Assembly (NCBI GenBank): GCA_965221775.1
Contig: CBDCSU010000004.1
Location: 1 to 64,000, forward strand
Length of the DNA: 64,000 bases
Reading direction: 5' to 3'
DNA from: Candidatus Latescibacterota bacterium
GTDB taxonomy: Bacteria; Latescibacterota; UBA2968; UBA8231
Positions 47,541 through 56,442 of this stretch are shown here, one piece after another; the stretch's first letter is position 1; each line of letters begins with the position of its first letter. The translations under genes were made by a program, and so were the position numbers. Below the pieces are notes generated by a model that saw nothing but the letters and a program-made list of their open reading frames with translations, had not been told where the DNA came from and made no database searches.

Positions 47541-48986
47541 ATGAACAAGCCGAACATCGTCTTCATCCTCGCCGACGACCTCGGCTACGGGGATGTGGGC
47601 TGCTACAACCCCGAGTCGAAGATCCCCACGCCGAACCTCGACCGCCTCGCCGCGCGGGGCGTGCGCTTCACCGATGCCCACGCGCCTTCCAGCGTCTGCA
47701 CGCCCAGCCGCTACGCCGTGCTCACCGGGCGCTACTGCTGGCGCTCCCGGCTCAAGGGGGGCGTCCTCTGGCAGTGGGAGAGCGCCCTCGTCGAGCCCGA
47801 CCGCCTCACCGTGGCCGAGCTGCTGCGGCGGCAGGGATACAAGACTCACTGCGTCGGCAAGTGGCACCTCGGCTGGGACTGGACCCTCGACGACGGCTCG
47901 CCGGCGGCGGACCACGTCGAGTTCGGGAGCCGCGGCGACGACCCGGCGAGACGGGCCCTCGACGAGCGCATCGACTACGGCCGGCCGATCACGGGCGGCC
48001 CCGTGGACCGCGGCTTCGACACCTACTTCGGCGACGACGTGCCCAACTTCCCGCCCTACACCTGGTTCGAGGACGACCGCGTCGTCGAGGCGCCGTCGGT
48101 GCCCAAGCCCGAGGTGATGTTCGGCACCCCGGGGCCGATGGTCCCCGGCTGGTCCCTGGAGCAGGTCATGCCCACCCTCACCCGGCGCGCCGAGGGCGTC
48201 ATCGACCAGGCCGGGGAGGAGCCCTTCTTCCTCTACATGCCGCTCACGGCGCCCCACACCCCCATCGTCCCGCTGGACGAGTTCCGCGGCCTGAGCCGGG
48301 CCGGGGAGTACGGCGACTACGTCTGCGAGGTCGACTGGTGCGTGGGCCGTGTCATGGAGGCCCTGGAGCGGCGCGGGATCTCCGACGACACCCTGCTGAT
48401 CTTCGCCAGCGACAACGGCCCCGAGAGGCCCGCCTACGACCGCATCCGCCAGTTCGGCCACGCCTCTTCGGCCTGCCTGCGCGGCATCAAGCGCGACGTC
48501 TGGGAGGGCGGCCACCGGGTGCCCTTTCTGGCCCGCTGGCCGGGGGTGGTACCGGCCGGCTCCGAGTGCTCCCACACCGTCATGCTCGGCGACCTCATGG
48601 CCACCTGCGCCGAGATGACGGGGACCCGCCTCGGCGCCGGGGAGGGCGAGGACAGCGTCAGCATGCTGCCCCTGCTGCGCCGGCCGAACCGGGACCGCGG
48701 CGTACGCGCCTTCACCGTCCATCACAGCATGAACCGCCGCTTCGCCATCCGCCGGGGAGACTGGGTCTTCATCGACGACGCCACCGGCGGCGACGTCCGG
48801 GAGCCGGAGTGGTACCGGCAGCGGCGGGGGTACGGGCCGCACGATCAGCCGGGGGAGCTCTTCCACCTGGCCAGCGACCTCGAGGAGCGGACCAACCTCC
48901 ACGCCGAGCGTCCGGAGGTGGCGGCCGAGCTTTCGGGCTTGCTGGAGCAAGTCAAGGCCGGGGGTGTCGACGCCCGCGCCGATTGA
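47541..48986 (+). CDS. Arylsulfatase (Cys-type, formylglycine-dependent)
   Basis: KPNIVFILADDLGYGD, CTPSRYAVLTGR, GKWHLG, SDNG, WEGGHRVP. Confidence 0.95.
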   Translation: MNKPNIVFILADDLGYGDVGCYNPESKIPTPNLDRLAARGVRFTDAHAPSSVCTPSRYAVLTGRYCWRSRLKGGVLWQWESALVEPDRLTVAELLRRQGYKTHCVGKWHLGWDWTLDDGSPAADHVEFGSRGDDPARRALDERIDYGRPITGGPVDRGFDTYFGDDVPNFPPYTWFEDDRVVEAPSVPKPEVMFGTPGPMVPGWSLEQVMPTLTRRAEGVIDQAGEEPFFLYMPLTAPHTPIVPLDEFRGLSRAGEYGDYVCEVDWCVGRVMEALERRGISDDTLLIFASDNGPERPAYDRIRQFGHASSACLRGIKRDVWEGGHRVPFLARWPGVVPAGSECSHTVMLGDLMATCAEMTGTRLGAGEGEDSVSMLPLLRRPNRDRGVRAFTVHHSMNRRFAIRRGDWVFIDDATGGDVREPEWYRQRRGYGPHDQPGELFHLASDLEERTNLHAERPEVAAELSGLLEQVKAGGVDARAD

Positions 48987-49020
48987 CAGCCGTCCTCGGC
49001 GGGCCTGTTGTATGAGCCAG

Positions 49021-49051
49021 GGAATGAAGCGGGGAATGTCCTTGTCCAATG
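49021..49051 (+). promoter_or_regulatory. Predicted ECF sigma promoter GGAATG-N16-TGTCCAATG (autoregulatory copy)
   Basis: The same bipartite motif recurs at 50503-50533. Confidence 0.65.
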
Positions 49052-49624
49052 AGTGTGGATCCGCCGTCCGACCTGGAGCTGACGAGGAGGGCCCGCGATG
49101 GTGACGACCACGCCTTCCGCGAGCTGGTGGACCGGTACGAATCCCGGGTGGCGGCCACCGTCGTCGGCATGCTCGGGCCCGGTCCCGACGCCGAGGACGT
49201 GGGCCAGGAGACCTTCATCCGCTTCCACGCCGCCCTCGGCCGTTTCCGCGGCGAGGCGGCTCTCGGCACCTATCTCACCCGGATCGCCATCAACCTCGCC
49301 CTCAACGCCTCGAAGAGCCGGCAGAAAGCCCGTTGGCGGTTCTGGAGCCTGGACAGCGACGAGGAGCCGGCGCCGGAGCCGGTCACCGACGGGGCGGCGC
49401 TGCAGGACCGGGCCGACACGCGGGCCGAGGTGCAGGCGGCGCTGGAGCAGCTCAAGCCCGATCACCGCGCCGTCGTGGTGCTGCGCATGATCCAGGGATA
49501 CTCGACGCGGGAGACGGCCCGGGCCCTGGGCCTGCCCGAGGGCACGGTGTTGTCGCGGTTGTCCCGCGGATTGGCGAGCCTGAAGGAGATCCTGAAGGGG
49601 GAGTTCGGCCATGAAGAAGCGTGA
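49049..49624 (+). CDS. ECF RNA polymerase sigma factor (true start may be GTG 49055)
   Basis: AFRELVDRY, DAEDVGQETF, TYLTRIAIN, region 4 'ETARALGLPEGTVLSRLSRG'. Confidence 0.93.
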   Translation: MSVDPPSDLELTRRARDGDDHAFRELVDRYESRVAATVVGMLGPGPDAEDVGQETFIRFHAALGRFRGEAALGTYLTRIAINLALNASKSRQKARWRFWSLDSDEEPAPEPVTDGAALQDRADTRAEVQAALEQLKPDHRAVVVLRMIQGYSTRETARALGLPEGTVLSRLSRGLASLKEILKGEFGHEEA

Positions 49625-50030
49625 ACGCGAGGAGTTGCTGGCGCGGGCCCTCGGGGGCGAGCTCGACCCGGGGCAGCGGACCCGCTTCGAGGCCCTCCTC
49701 GCCGCGGACGAGGGCTTCCGCACCGAGTGGGAGCAGCTGCGCCGGGCGGGCGACCTGGTCTCGGAGGCGCGGGCCGAAGGCTTCGGCCCCCACTTCTCGG
49801 CGCGGGTCCTGGCGCGCCTGCGCAGCGAGAGGGCCGGGGCGCCCAGCCTCGCCGACGGCCTCATGCGTCTCTTCCGGCCCCTGGTGCCGGTCACCCTCGC
49901 GGTGGCCCTCTTCCTCGCCGTGCTCAACTGGCGGGACCGCGGCCTCGCCGCCGAGGGCGCCTCCTTCCTGGAGATCACCTTCGCCGTTCCGCCGGTCTCG
50001 GCGGAGACCGCGGAAATGATGGAGATGTGA
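49611..50030 (+). CDS. Membrane-anchored anti-sigma factor
   Basis: Overlaps the sigma gene; N-terminal 'ALGGELDP....FEALL' anti-sigma-like helices; one transmembrane segment. Confidence 0.7.
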   Translation: MKKREREELLARALGGELDPGQRTRFEALLAADEGFRTEWEQLRRAGDLVSEARAEGFGPHFSARVLARLRSERAGAPSLADGLMRLFRPLVPVTLAVALFLAVLNWRDRGLAAEGASFLEITFAVPPVSAETAEMMEM

Positions 50031-50437
50031 CCGTGTCCTCCCGCACCCGCATCGCCGCCATCCTCATGGCCACCCTCGTCCTCGGAATGGTGGTGGGCGC
50101 CCTCGGTCACAGCGTCTACCAGCGCCACCGCTTCCGCGACGCCCTGAGCCTGGCCAGACCCGCCCTCTTCACCGCCGGCATCCGGCGCGCCATCGGCCCG
50201 GTGGAGGACGACCGCCGCGAGCGGATCGCCGAGGTCCTGCGCCGCATCGACGGGCGCATGCGCGCCAACCGCATCGCCCGCGACGGCGAGCGCCGGGCCC
50301 AGCTGGACTCCATCCGGGCGGCCCTGCATCCGCTGCTGACCGACGAGGAGCGCCGGCGGGTGCAGCGGCACCTGGAGCGCCACAAGCGCTGGATGCGGCA
50401 CGGGGCCAAGGGCCATCGCGGCGGCAAGCGGCACTGA
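50027..50437 (+). CDS. Membrane-anchored helical periplasmic protein (Spy/heavy-metal sensor-like)
   Basis: N-terminal TM 'ATLVLGMVVGALG', C-terminal LLTDEE motif; GTGA overlap. Confidence 0.65.
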   Translation: MTVSSRTRIAAILMATLVLGMVVGALGHSVYQRHRFRDALSLARPALFTAGIRRAIGPVEDDRRERIAEVLRRIDGRMRANRIARDGERRAQLDSIRAALHPLLTDEERRRVQRHLERHKRWMRHGAKGHRGGKRH

Positions 50438-50502
50438 GCGCGGTTCTCCCGTACCAAGTTTTGACGGGATCCGCCTTCTTTCCGGTTTTTTCGCAAAGAC
50501 GT

Positions 50503-50533
50503 GGAATGTGGGACTCCTCGCCGTTGTCCAATG
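50503..50533 (+). promoter_or_regulatory. Predicted ECF sigma promoter GGAATG-N16-TGTCCAATG (second copy)
   Basis: Matches 49021-49051 in both boxes and in spacing. Confidence 0.65.
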
Positions 50534-50596
50534 GCGTGAACGCAGGACAACGGCCCGGAATCATCCGGCCATCACCCACTCGATCGGAGGAGCCCC

Positions 50597-51079
50597 ATGA
50601 AGGCCATCCCGACCATCGCCGCAGCCGTCCTCATCTTGGGGACCCTTCCCGTCACCGCGGATTCCGATTCCGAGGACCGGAAGGCCAGGGCCGAGGAAGC
50701 GCGCGCCGCCCTCCTGGACGACCTCGGCCTCGAAGGCGACCAGAGATCGCAGGTGGAGGAGATCCTGGAGGCTCACGCCGAGAAGGGCGGGGAGCTGTTC
50801 TCGGAGCACCGCGAGTCCCGTGGTGAAGGGCGCGAGCAGCTGCGCCGGTCGCGGCGTGAGGCGCGGGAGCAGATGCAGACCCTGCGGGAGGAGACGGAGG
50901 GCAAGCTGAAGGAGGCGTTGAGCGACGAGCAGTTCACGCGCCTGCAGGAACTGCGCAAGGAGAGGCGGAAGGAGCGCGGCGGCGACCGTCACCGCGAGGG
51001 ATTCAGCCGCGGCGGCGAGGAGCGCGGCGGCAAGGGACACGGCGGCGGCAGGGGCAAGCGCGGCCGGTCCCGCCACTGA
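50597..51079 (+). CDS. Spy/CpxP-like periplasmic protein
   Basis: Signal peptide, 'LGLEGDQRSQV' and 'LSDEQ' LTxxQ-type motifs, highly charged helices. Confidence 0.7.
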   Translation: MKAIPTIAAAVLILGTLPVTADSDSEDRKARAEEARAALLDDLGLEGDQRSQVEEILEAHAEKGGELFSEHRESRGEGREQLRRSRREAREQMQTLREETEGKLKEALSDEQFTRLQELRKERRKERGGDRHREGFSRGGEERGGKGHGGGRGKRGRSRH

Positions 51080-51176
51080 GCAGGATCGAAGTCGACGAGC
51101 GGCGCCGCTCCCGCGGGATCGGTGCCGCTCTCTCGTGTACGGCGATCCGGCGCGGGGATGACCGGGCGCCGCCGAC

Positions 51177-53114
51177 TCAGGGCGTGTAGTACCACAGGCG
51201 CCGCTTCTCCGGCGCCGTGTTGGGCTCGTACGCCCGGATGCTCTCCTCGTTGAAGTAGAGCTCCACCATTTTCAGCGGCGTCAGGGGAAACTCCCGTTTC
51301 CACTGGCGCGCCAGGTACTTGCAGAACAGGGGGCGGTGGTCCTTCTTCGCGCTCTTGCGCAGGGACATCATGTACTTGCGCCAGCGCGGGCCGTGGAAGG
51401 TCTCCACGATGGGGTCGGGCCGCTCCCACGAGACCTGGGCCAGCTTCTCTCCCAGGACGACGTGCCGGTAGAGGTCGACCTGGGTGCCGTCGTTCAAGGT
51501 GCCGACGACCACGTACCAGCCGCTGCTGCGGGAGGGGTACGGGGCGAACATGCTCCATTGCTGGCTGACTCGCAGGACCCGGCCGTACCACCGCAGGTCC
51601 GGGCCGGGAGCCTGCCCGGGCCGGGAGCCGGTCATCCAGCCCGCCGCCGCCGCCGACAGTCCCCCCGCCGTCGAGTCCGCCGCGAAGATCTCCTTGGTGT
51701 GGAAGCCGCGGGCGTTCCACACCACGACGTAGGCCAGGGTTCCGAGGAGAACGGCGTTGCCCGCCCAGGCCAGGGGCCGGGCCACGGGTCTGGCCGGCCG
51801 CGGGCGCATCCAGGCGGTGAGGCGCCCCATCAGCTCGCGGCGGCTCGCCGTCTGCTCGTAGAGCCAGGTGCCGGGCCGGCGGAAGACCGGCGCCCCCAGG
51901 ACCGCCCCCACGGGCCCCGCCCACGGCGAGCGCGAGAGCACGTACGCCAGGGCCTCCCACTTGTAGTGCTGCTTGCCCTCGTGATCGGTGACCACCCACG
52001 AGTCGCGCCGGCGCATGGCGCGCTCGATGGCGGGGTCGTCCTGGGCCCTGGCGACGGCGGTCTCGGGCAGCAGGAAGAAGCTGCGGATCACGAGGACCAT
52101 GCGCCGGCAGAACCCGCAGTCGCCGTCGTAGTGCAGGGTCATCCCGAGGCGCCGCGGGTCCCGCCGGAAGCGGGCGAAGAGGCGGTCCCACGCCGCCGGC
52201 GGCAGCAGGGCCAGCCACATGGCGCCGCACACGTAGGAGAACAGGCCCAGCTGCAGGGTCGCGGTGAAGCCCGCGTGCAGGGCGATCATGACGGCGCAGG
52301 CGGTGAGCCGCAGGGGGCCGACGAAGACGGGGATCCAGATCAGGAAGGGAGCCCAGAACTCGAGGAGAAGAGTGCCCCGGGTCACCAGCTCCAGCAGTCC
52401 CGGGGGCCACTCGCGCATCAGGGTGGCCAGGGGCAGGGCCATGTAGTCGAGCTTGAGGGCGTGCCAGACGGCGGTGCGGTCCTCGGTCCAGATCGGGTCG
52501 GTCTTGAGCAGCGCCGTGGCCCAGTAGACGATGGAGACCTGGGCCATGAAGCAGAAGGCGGCCACCGACCAGGTGCGGTGGCCGCCCTCGTCGGGCCCGT
52601 CCTCCCGGGGCTCTCTCATGGCGGCGTCGACCGAGGCGCGCGCCCCGAGGGGCAGGAACATCGACCAGAACAGGAGCATCCGGAAGAGCACGTCGCCGGC
52701 GTTGAGGATGGCGGTGTTCCGGTTCTGCAGCGACAGCAGCAGCAGCCAGCTCAGCACCGTGAACAGCCGGGTGCGGTGGCCGATGAGCAGGCAGAAGGCG
52801 CAGAAGGCGGCGATGGCGAAGAGCAGGAGCTGCACCTCCGGCCGGCCGCTGATCATGTGCAGGGAGACGGCCCAGGGCGTGGCGCCGGTGGCGACTCGGT
52901 CGAGCAGGTCGACGCGCGGCAGCACGCCGGAGTCGGTGTAGAACACGCCGATGTCTCCGGCTCGCGCCGCCAGGTCGACGAGGAGGATCACGCCGAGGAG
53001 GATGCGGAACAGCGCCAGGGCCCGCAGGTCGAGGCCGAAGCGCTCCGGCCAGCGGCGGAGCCACCCGCCGAGCCTGGCGCTGATGGAACTCGAGGCTGAG
53101 GTAGACGAATCCAT
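51177..53114 (-). CDS. HTTM-domain membrane protein with inserted DCC1-like (DUF393) thiol-disulfide domain
   Basis: DLRALALFRI, QNRN...NAGD, YWATALLK (HTTM); YDGDCGFC (DCC1); QQWSMFAP C-terminal domain. Confidence 0.85.
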   Translation of the reverse strand: MDSSTSASSSISARLGGWLRRWPERFGLDLRALALFRILLGVILLVDLAARAGDIGVFYTDSGVLPRVDLLDRVATGATPWAVSLHMISGRPEVQLLLFAIAAFCAFCLLIGHRTRLFTVLSWLLLLSLQNRNTAILNAGDVLFRMLLFWSMFLPLGARASVDAAMREPREDGPDEGGHRTWSVAAFCFMAQVSIVYWATALLKTDPIWTEDRTAVWHALKLDYMALPLATLMREWPPGLLELVTRGTLLLEFWAPFLIWIPVFVGPLRLTACAVMIALHAGFTATLQLGLFSYVCGAMWLALLPPAAWDRLFARFRRDPRRLGMTLHYDGDCGFCRRMVLVIRSFFLLPETAVARAQDDPAIERAMRRRDSWVVTDHEGKQHYKWEALAYVLSRSPWAGPVGAVLGAPVFRRPGTWLYEQTASRRELMGRLTAWMRPRPARPVARPLAWAGNAVLLGTLAYVVVWNARGFHTKEIFAADSTAGGLSAAAAGWMTGSRPGQAPGPDLRWYGRVLRVSQQWSMFAPYPSRSSGWYVVVGTLNDGTQVDLYRHVVLGEKLAQVSWERPDPIVETFHGPRWRKYMMSLRKSAKKDHRPLFCKYLARQWKREFPLTPLKMVELYFNEESIRAYEPNTAPEKRRLWYYTP

Positions 53115-53225
53115 GCGGAGTTCGGTCCTCAAGCGAAGAGGCGCGGCGCGGGGGAGGGGAGGCTGCGGCCAATAGGTAGTGCCGGCCCGTCGGCGGGACA
53201 ACCCGGCGCCAGGACGAGGCCGGCT

Positions 53226-54821
53226 CTACTGGTCGTAGCGCTCCCGGTACATCGCCCGCAGCGCCTCCGCTTCTTCCGGATCGAGCCCTTTCATCCAGGC
53301 GTGCTCCTCCCGGGCCAGGAGGGCCGCCACCCGGGCGCGGTACTTCTCTCCCAGCTCCCGGCTTCGGCCCTCCGCCGCCTCCACCGCCGCCGGCAGGAAC
53401 TCCATGTAGTAGTGCTTGGCCACCTCGTACATGCCGTGCCAGTGGGTGTAGTCGGGGCCCATCATGCTGGCCCCGTGGCGGGCCCGGCGGCCTTCGTGGT
53501 GCCACAGCTCCCAGAACACCCACTGCACCTCGTGCTCGAAAGGCGCCTCCGGGTTGAGCACGCCGTCGGCGGTGAGGTCGTCCATCATCGCCTTCGCCGG
53601 CCGCGCGAACTTCTCGTTGTAGAGGACGACGAGGTCGTCGAACTGCTTGTAGAAGTTGTCCACGTAGGTGTCGCTGTGGCAGTTGAGGCAGGCCCCCTTC
53701 ATCGTCTGCCGGCGCTGCTGCCAGGTGACGATCTCCTTCACCCTCCTCGGCACCGTCCTGCCGACGAGCTTCTCCTCCTCCACGAACTTCTCCTCCGTCT
53801 CCACCAGCTCGCCCGGCTCGGGCAGGGCCCGCGTCTCCGGGTAGTCCTCGCGGAAGCCGTCCTCGAAGATCACCAGGTTCTGCCTGGTGCTGATCACCGG
53901 CCTCAGGGTCCAGCTGATGCGCTCGCCCACGTCGTGGCTGTTGGCCTCGTACACCCCCTGGGGCGTCATGTAGCTGCTGATGTGACAGGTGGCGCAGGTG
54001 GGCGCCGCCGAGTAGTCGCGGCCGAGGACCCAGTCGCCCTCCTTGTCGAGGGCCATGCGGTCGCGGTTGGCGTAGAAGGCGATGCCGTGCTTCGACTCGT
54101 TGTAGACCTCGATCTGCGGATGGTCGGGGCCCATGTGGCACTTGCCGCAGTTCTCGGGCGCCCGCGACAGGCTGGCCTGGAAGGCGTGGCGCGAGTGGCA
54201 GGCGTGGCACGATCCCTTCGAGCCGTCGGGGTTCAGCCGCCCCATGCCGCTGTTGGGCCAGGTGTCGGCGTCGATCACCGGTTTGCCCTCGCGGCCGTCG
54301 CGCAGGATGGCGCCGGACTCGTCGCGCTCGAAGCGCACGATGCTGCCGTGGCACTGCCAGCAGCCGTTGACGGCGTCGGCGTTGTTGTCCGGCAGTCCGG
54401 CCACCCGCTCGGCCAGGATGTTGTCGAGGCTGGCCAGGATCTCGCCGGCCCTCGCGTGGTGACTGACGGAGAACTGCTCGAACTCGCGCGCGTGGCAGGT
54501 GGCGCAGTCCTTCGGGGTCACCAGCGCCGAGATCCAGACCCCCTCGTGCTCCCAGGCGTCCACGTCGTCGGGGCTGGCGGTGTGGCAGTCGAAGCAGCCG
54601 ACGCCGAACTCGGCGTGGCGCGACTCCTCCCACTCCATCACCAGCGCCGGGCTGTCCTGGCGGTGGCAGGAGACGCAGCCCTCGTTGGAGGCGGTCACCA
54701 CCGGCCCGGGCTCCTCTTCCTGGCGGGCCAGCCGCGACTCGTGCCAGGCCACCAGCAGCAGGGACAGCAGGAACAGGAAGGAGAGGGCCGCCACGGTGTA
54801 GCGCTTGGCCGTCAGGGTCAT
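53226..54821 (-). CDS. Octaheme cytochrome c of the hydroxylamine oxidoreductase (HAO) family
   Basis: Eight CxxCH motifs (CVSCH, CFDCH, CATCH, CWQCH, CHACH, CGKCH, CATCH, CLNCH); HAO-type 'CHMGPDHPQ.E.Y.ESKHG', 'APTCATCH' and 'GASMMGPDY'. Confidence 0.9.
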   Translation of the reverse strand: MTLTAKRYTVAALSFLFLLSLLLVAWHESRLARQEEEPGPVVTASNEGCVSCHRQDSPALVMEWEESRHAEFGVGCFDCHTASPDDVDAWEHEGVWISALVTPKDCATCHAREFEQFSVSHHARAGEILASLDNILAERVAGLPDNNADAVNGCWQCHGSIVRFERDESGAILRDGREGKPVIDADTWPNSGMGRLNPDGSKGSCHACHSRHAFQASLSRAPENCGKCHMGPDHPQIEVYNESKHGIAFYANRDRMALDKEGDWVLGRDYSAAPTCATCHISSYMTPQGVYEANSHDVGERISWTLRPVISTRQNLVIFEDGFREDYPETRALPEPGELVETEEKFVEEEKLVGRTVPRRVKEIVTWQQRRQTMKGACLNCHSDTYVDNFYKQFDDLVVLYNEKFARPAKAMMDDLTADGVLNPEAPFEHEVQWVFWELWHHEGRRARHGASMMGPDYTHWHGMYEVAKHYYMEFLPAAVEAAEGRSRELGEKYRARVAALLAREEHAWMKGLDPEEAEALRAMYRERYDQ

Positions 54822-54842
54822 GCGATCAATCCTCCCGGGGTT

Positions 54843-55925
54843 TCAGGGGACGTGTCCGGTGTCGAGGCTCTCCCACACGGTGAGGGCGAGAAAGCCGAGG
54901 AAGGCGAGGGCTCCCAGCACCACCGAAGCGGTGTCGGGAAAGCGCAGGCGCCGCTGCAGCCAGCTCTCGATGAACGGCCAGAGCAGCACCGCCGCCAGCG
55001 CCGCCGCGGTGAGCAGCACGGTGATCCGCAGGGAGGTCAGCTTGAGGAGGCGGAAGCTGAAGTAGAAGTACCACTCGGGTTTGATGTGGTCCGGCGTCCG
55101 GGACGGGTCGGCGGGCTCGCCGAGGCCGGCCGGGAAGACCAGGGCCAGCAGGGTCAGGCCGTACATCAGCAGCACGCCGATGAGCAGCTCGGTGGTGGCG
55201 TGATCGGGCCAGAAGGGGAAGTGCCGCTCCTTCTCGCGGACCTCCTCGCCCTCGAAGACGTGCTCGGTCACGCCCTGCATGCGCACCAGGCTGATGTGCA
55301 GCCCGAGGAGGACGAAGGCGGCGGTGGGCAGCACACCGATGTGGAGGATGAAGAACCGGGTCAGGGTGTTGGCGCCGATCTCGTCGCCGCCGCGCATCAT
55401 GTGGGCGGCCACCGGCCCGACCCCGGGCAGGGCCTCCACGAGGTTGGCGGCCACCGTCACCCCCCAGTAGCTGAGCTGCTCGTAGACGAGGGAGTAGCCG
55501 GTGAAGCCGAAGGCGAGGGTGGTGAGCAGCAGGCCGGCGCCCACCATCCAGTTGAGCTGGCGCGGGTGGCGGTACGAGCCGGTGAAGTAGACCCGCAGCA
55601 TGTGCAGGAAGAGGGCGGCGATCATCAGGTGGGAGGCCCAGTGGTGCAGCGAGCGGATGTACCAGCCGAAGCGGATCTGGCGGGTGATCGTGTCGACGCT
55701 GGCCCAGGCCTGCTCGGGGGAGGGCACGTAGTAGAAGGTCAGGGCGATGCCGGTGACGACCTGCACGGCGAAGAGGTAGGCCACCGTGCCGCCGAGGCAG
55801 AACCACCACTTCTTCAGGTGACGGGGCACCGGCTCGGCGCCGGCGTGGCGGATCAGCTCCCAGTCGAGGGGGAAGAGGTCGCTCCAGCGCCGCTGGCGGG
55901 GGGCGGCCTCGCCGGGCGCCTTCAC
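54843..55925 (-). CDS. petB: Cytochrome b of a Rieske/cytochrome b complex (unsplit)
   Basis: QVVTGIAL, IRSLHHWAS, LHMLRV, FTGYSL, TLTRFFILH, HIKPEWY (Qo site). Confidence 0.92.
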   Translation of the reverse strand: MKAPGEAAPRQRRWSDLFPLDWELIRHAGAEPVPRHLKKWWFCLGGTVAYLFAVQVVTGIALTFYYVPSPEQAWASVDTITRQIRFGWYIRSLHHWASHLMIAALFLHMLRVYFTGSYRHPRQLNWMVGAGLLLTTLAFGFTGYSLVYEQLSYWGVTVAANLVEALPGVGPVAAHMMRGGDEIGANTLTRFFILHIGVLPTAAFVLLGLHISLVRMQGVTEHVFEGEEVREKERHFPFWPDHATTELLIGVLLMYGLTLLALVFPAGLGEPADPSRTPDHIKPEWYFYFSFRLLKLTSLRITVLLTAAALAAVLLWPFIESWLQRRLRFPDTASVVLGALAFLGFLALTVWESLDTGHVP

Positions 55926-56407
55926 CCGCGCCGTCTCCGCGGGGCCCGGACCTCCAGGTAGACCACCTGGCTCTCCTCGTCTATGATCAGCGGCGCCGGG
56001 TGCAGGCGCTGGCCGGCGTCGGCGGGGGGCCCGGAGACGGCGACCCCGTCGGCGTCGAAGACGCCGTTGTGACAGGGACAGAAGAAGCGCCTCTCCTGCG
56101 CCTCCCAGTGCACCTTGCACCCCAGGTGGGGGCAGGTGGAGCTGAAGGCCTGGAGGCCCTCCGGGGTGCGCCGCACCAGCACCTCGTTGCCCTCGAGGTC
56201 GAGGATGGTGCGCACCGTGTCGGCGGGGAAGGCCCCCACCGGCCCGACGAAGATCCGGCGCCGGCGGGAGGCTCGTCCCGAGGGCAGCAGGAAGCCCAGG
56301 AACTGGCCCGCCAGGGTGCCGTAGGAGGCCAGCAGTCCGGCGGCCATGAGCACCGACGCCAGCCAGGAGCGGCGCGACCGGCCGCCATGGTCCCGTGTGT
56401 CCGTCAT
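55922..56407 (-). CDS. Rieske [2Fe-2S] subunit
   Basis: Tat-like SRRSWL plus TM helix; CPHLGC and CPCHNG boxes; overlaps the cytochrome b start. Confidence 0.92.
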   Translation of the reverse strand: MTDTRDHGGRSRRSWLASVLMAAGLLASYGTLAGQFLGFLLPSGRASRRRRIFVGPVGAFPADTVRTILDLEGNEVLVRRTPEGLQAFSSTCPHLGCKVHWEAQERRFFCPCHNGVFDADGVAVSGPPADAGQRLHPAPLIIDEESQVVYLEVRAPRRRRG

Positions 56408-56442
56408 GCCTCGTCCCTCCCGCCTGTAAGGATGCGCATTTC

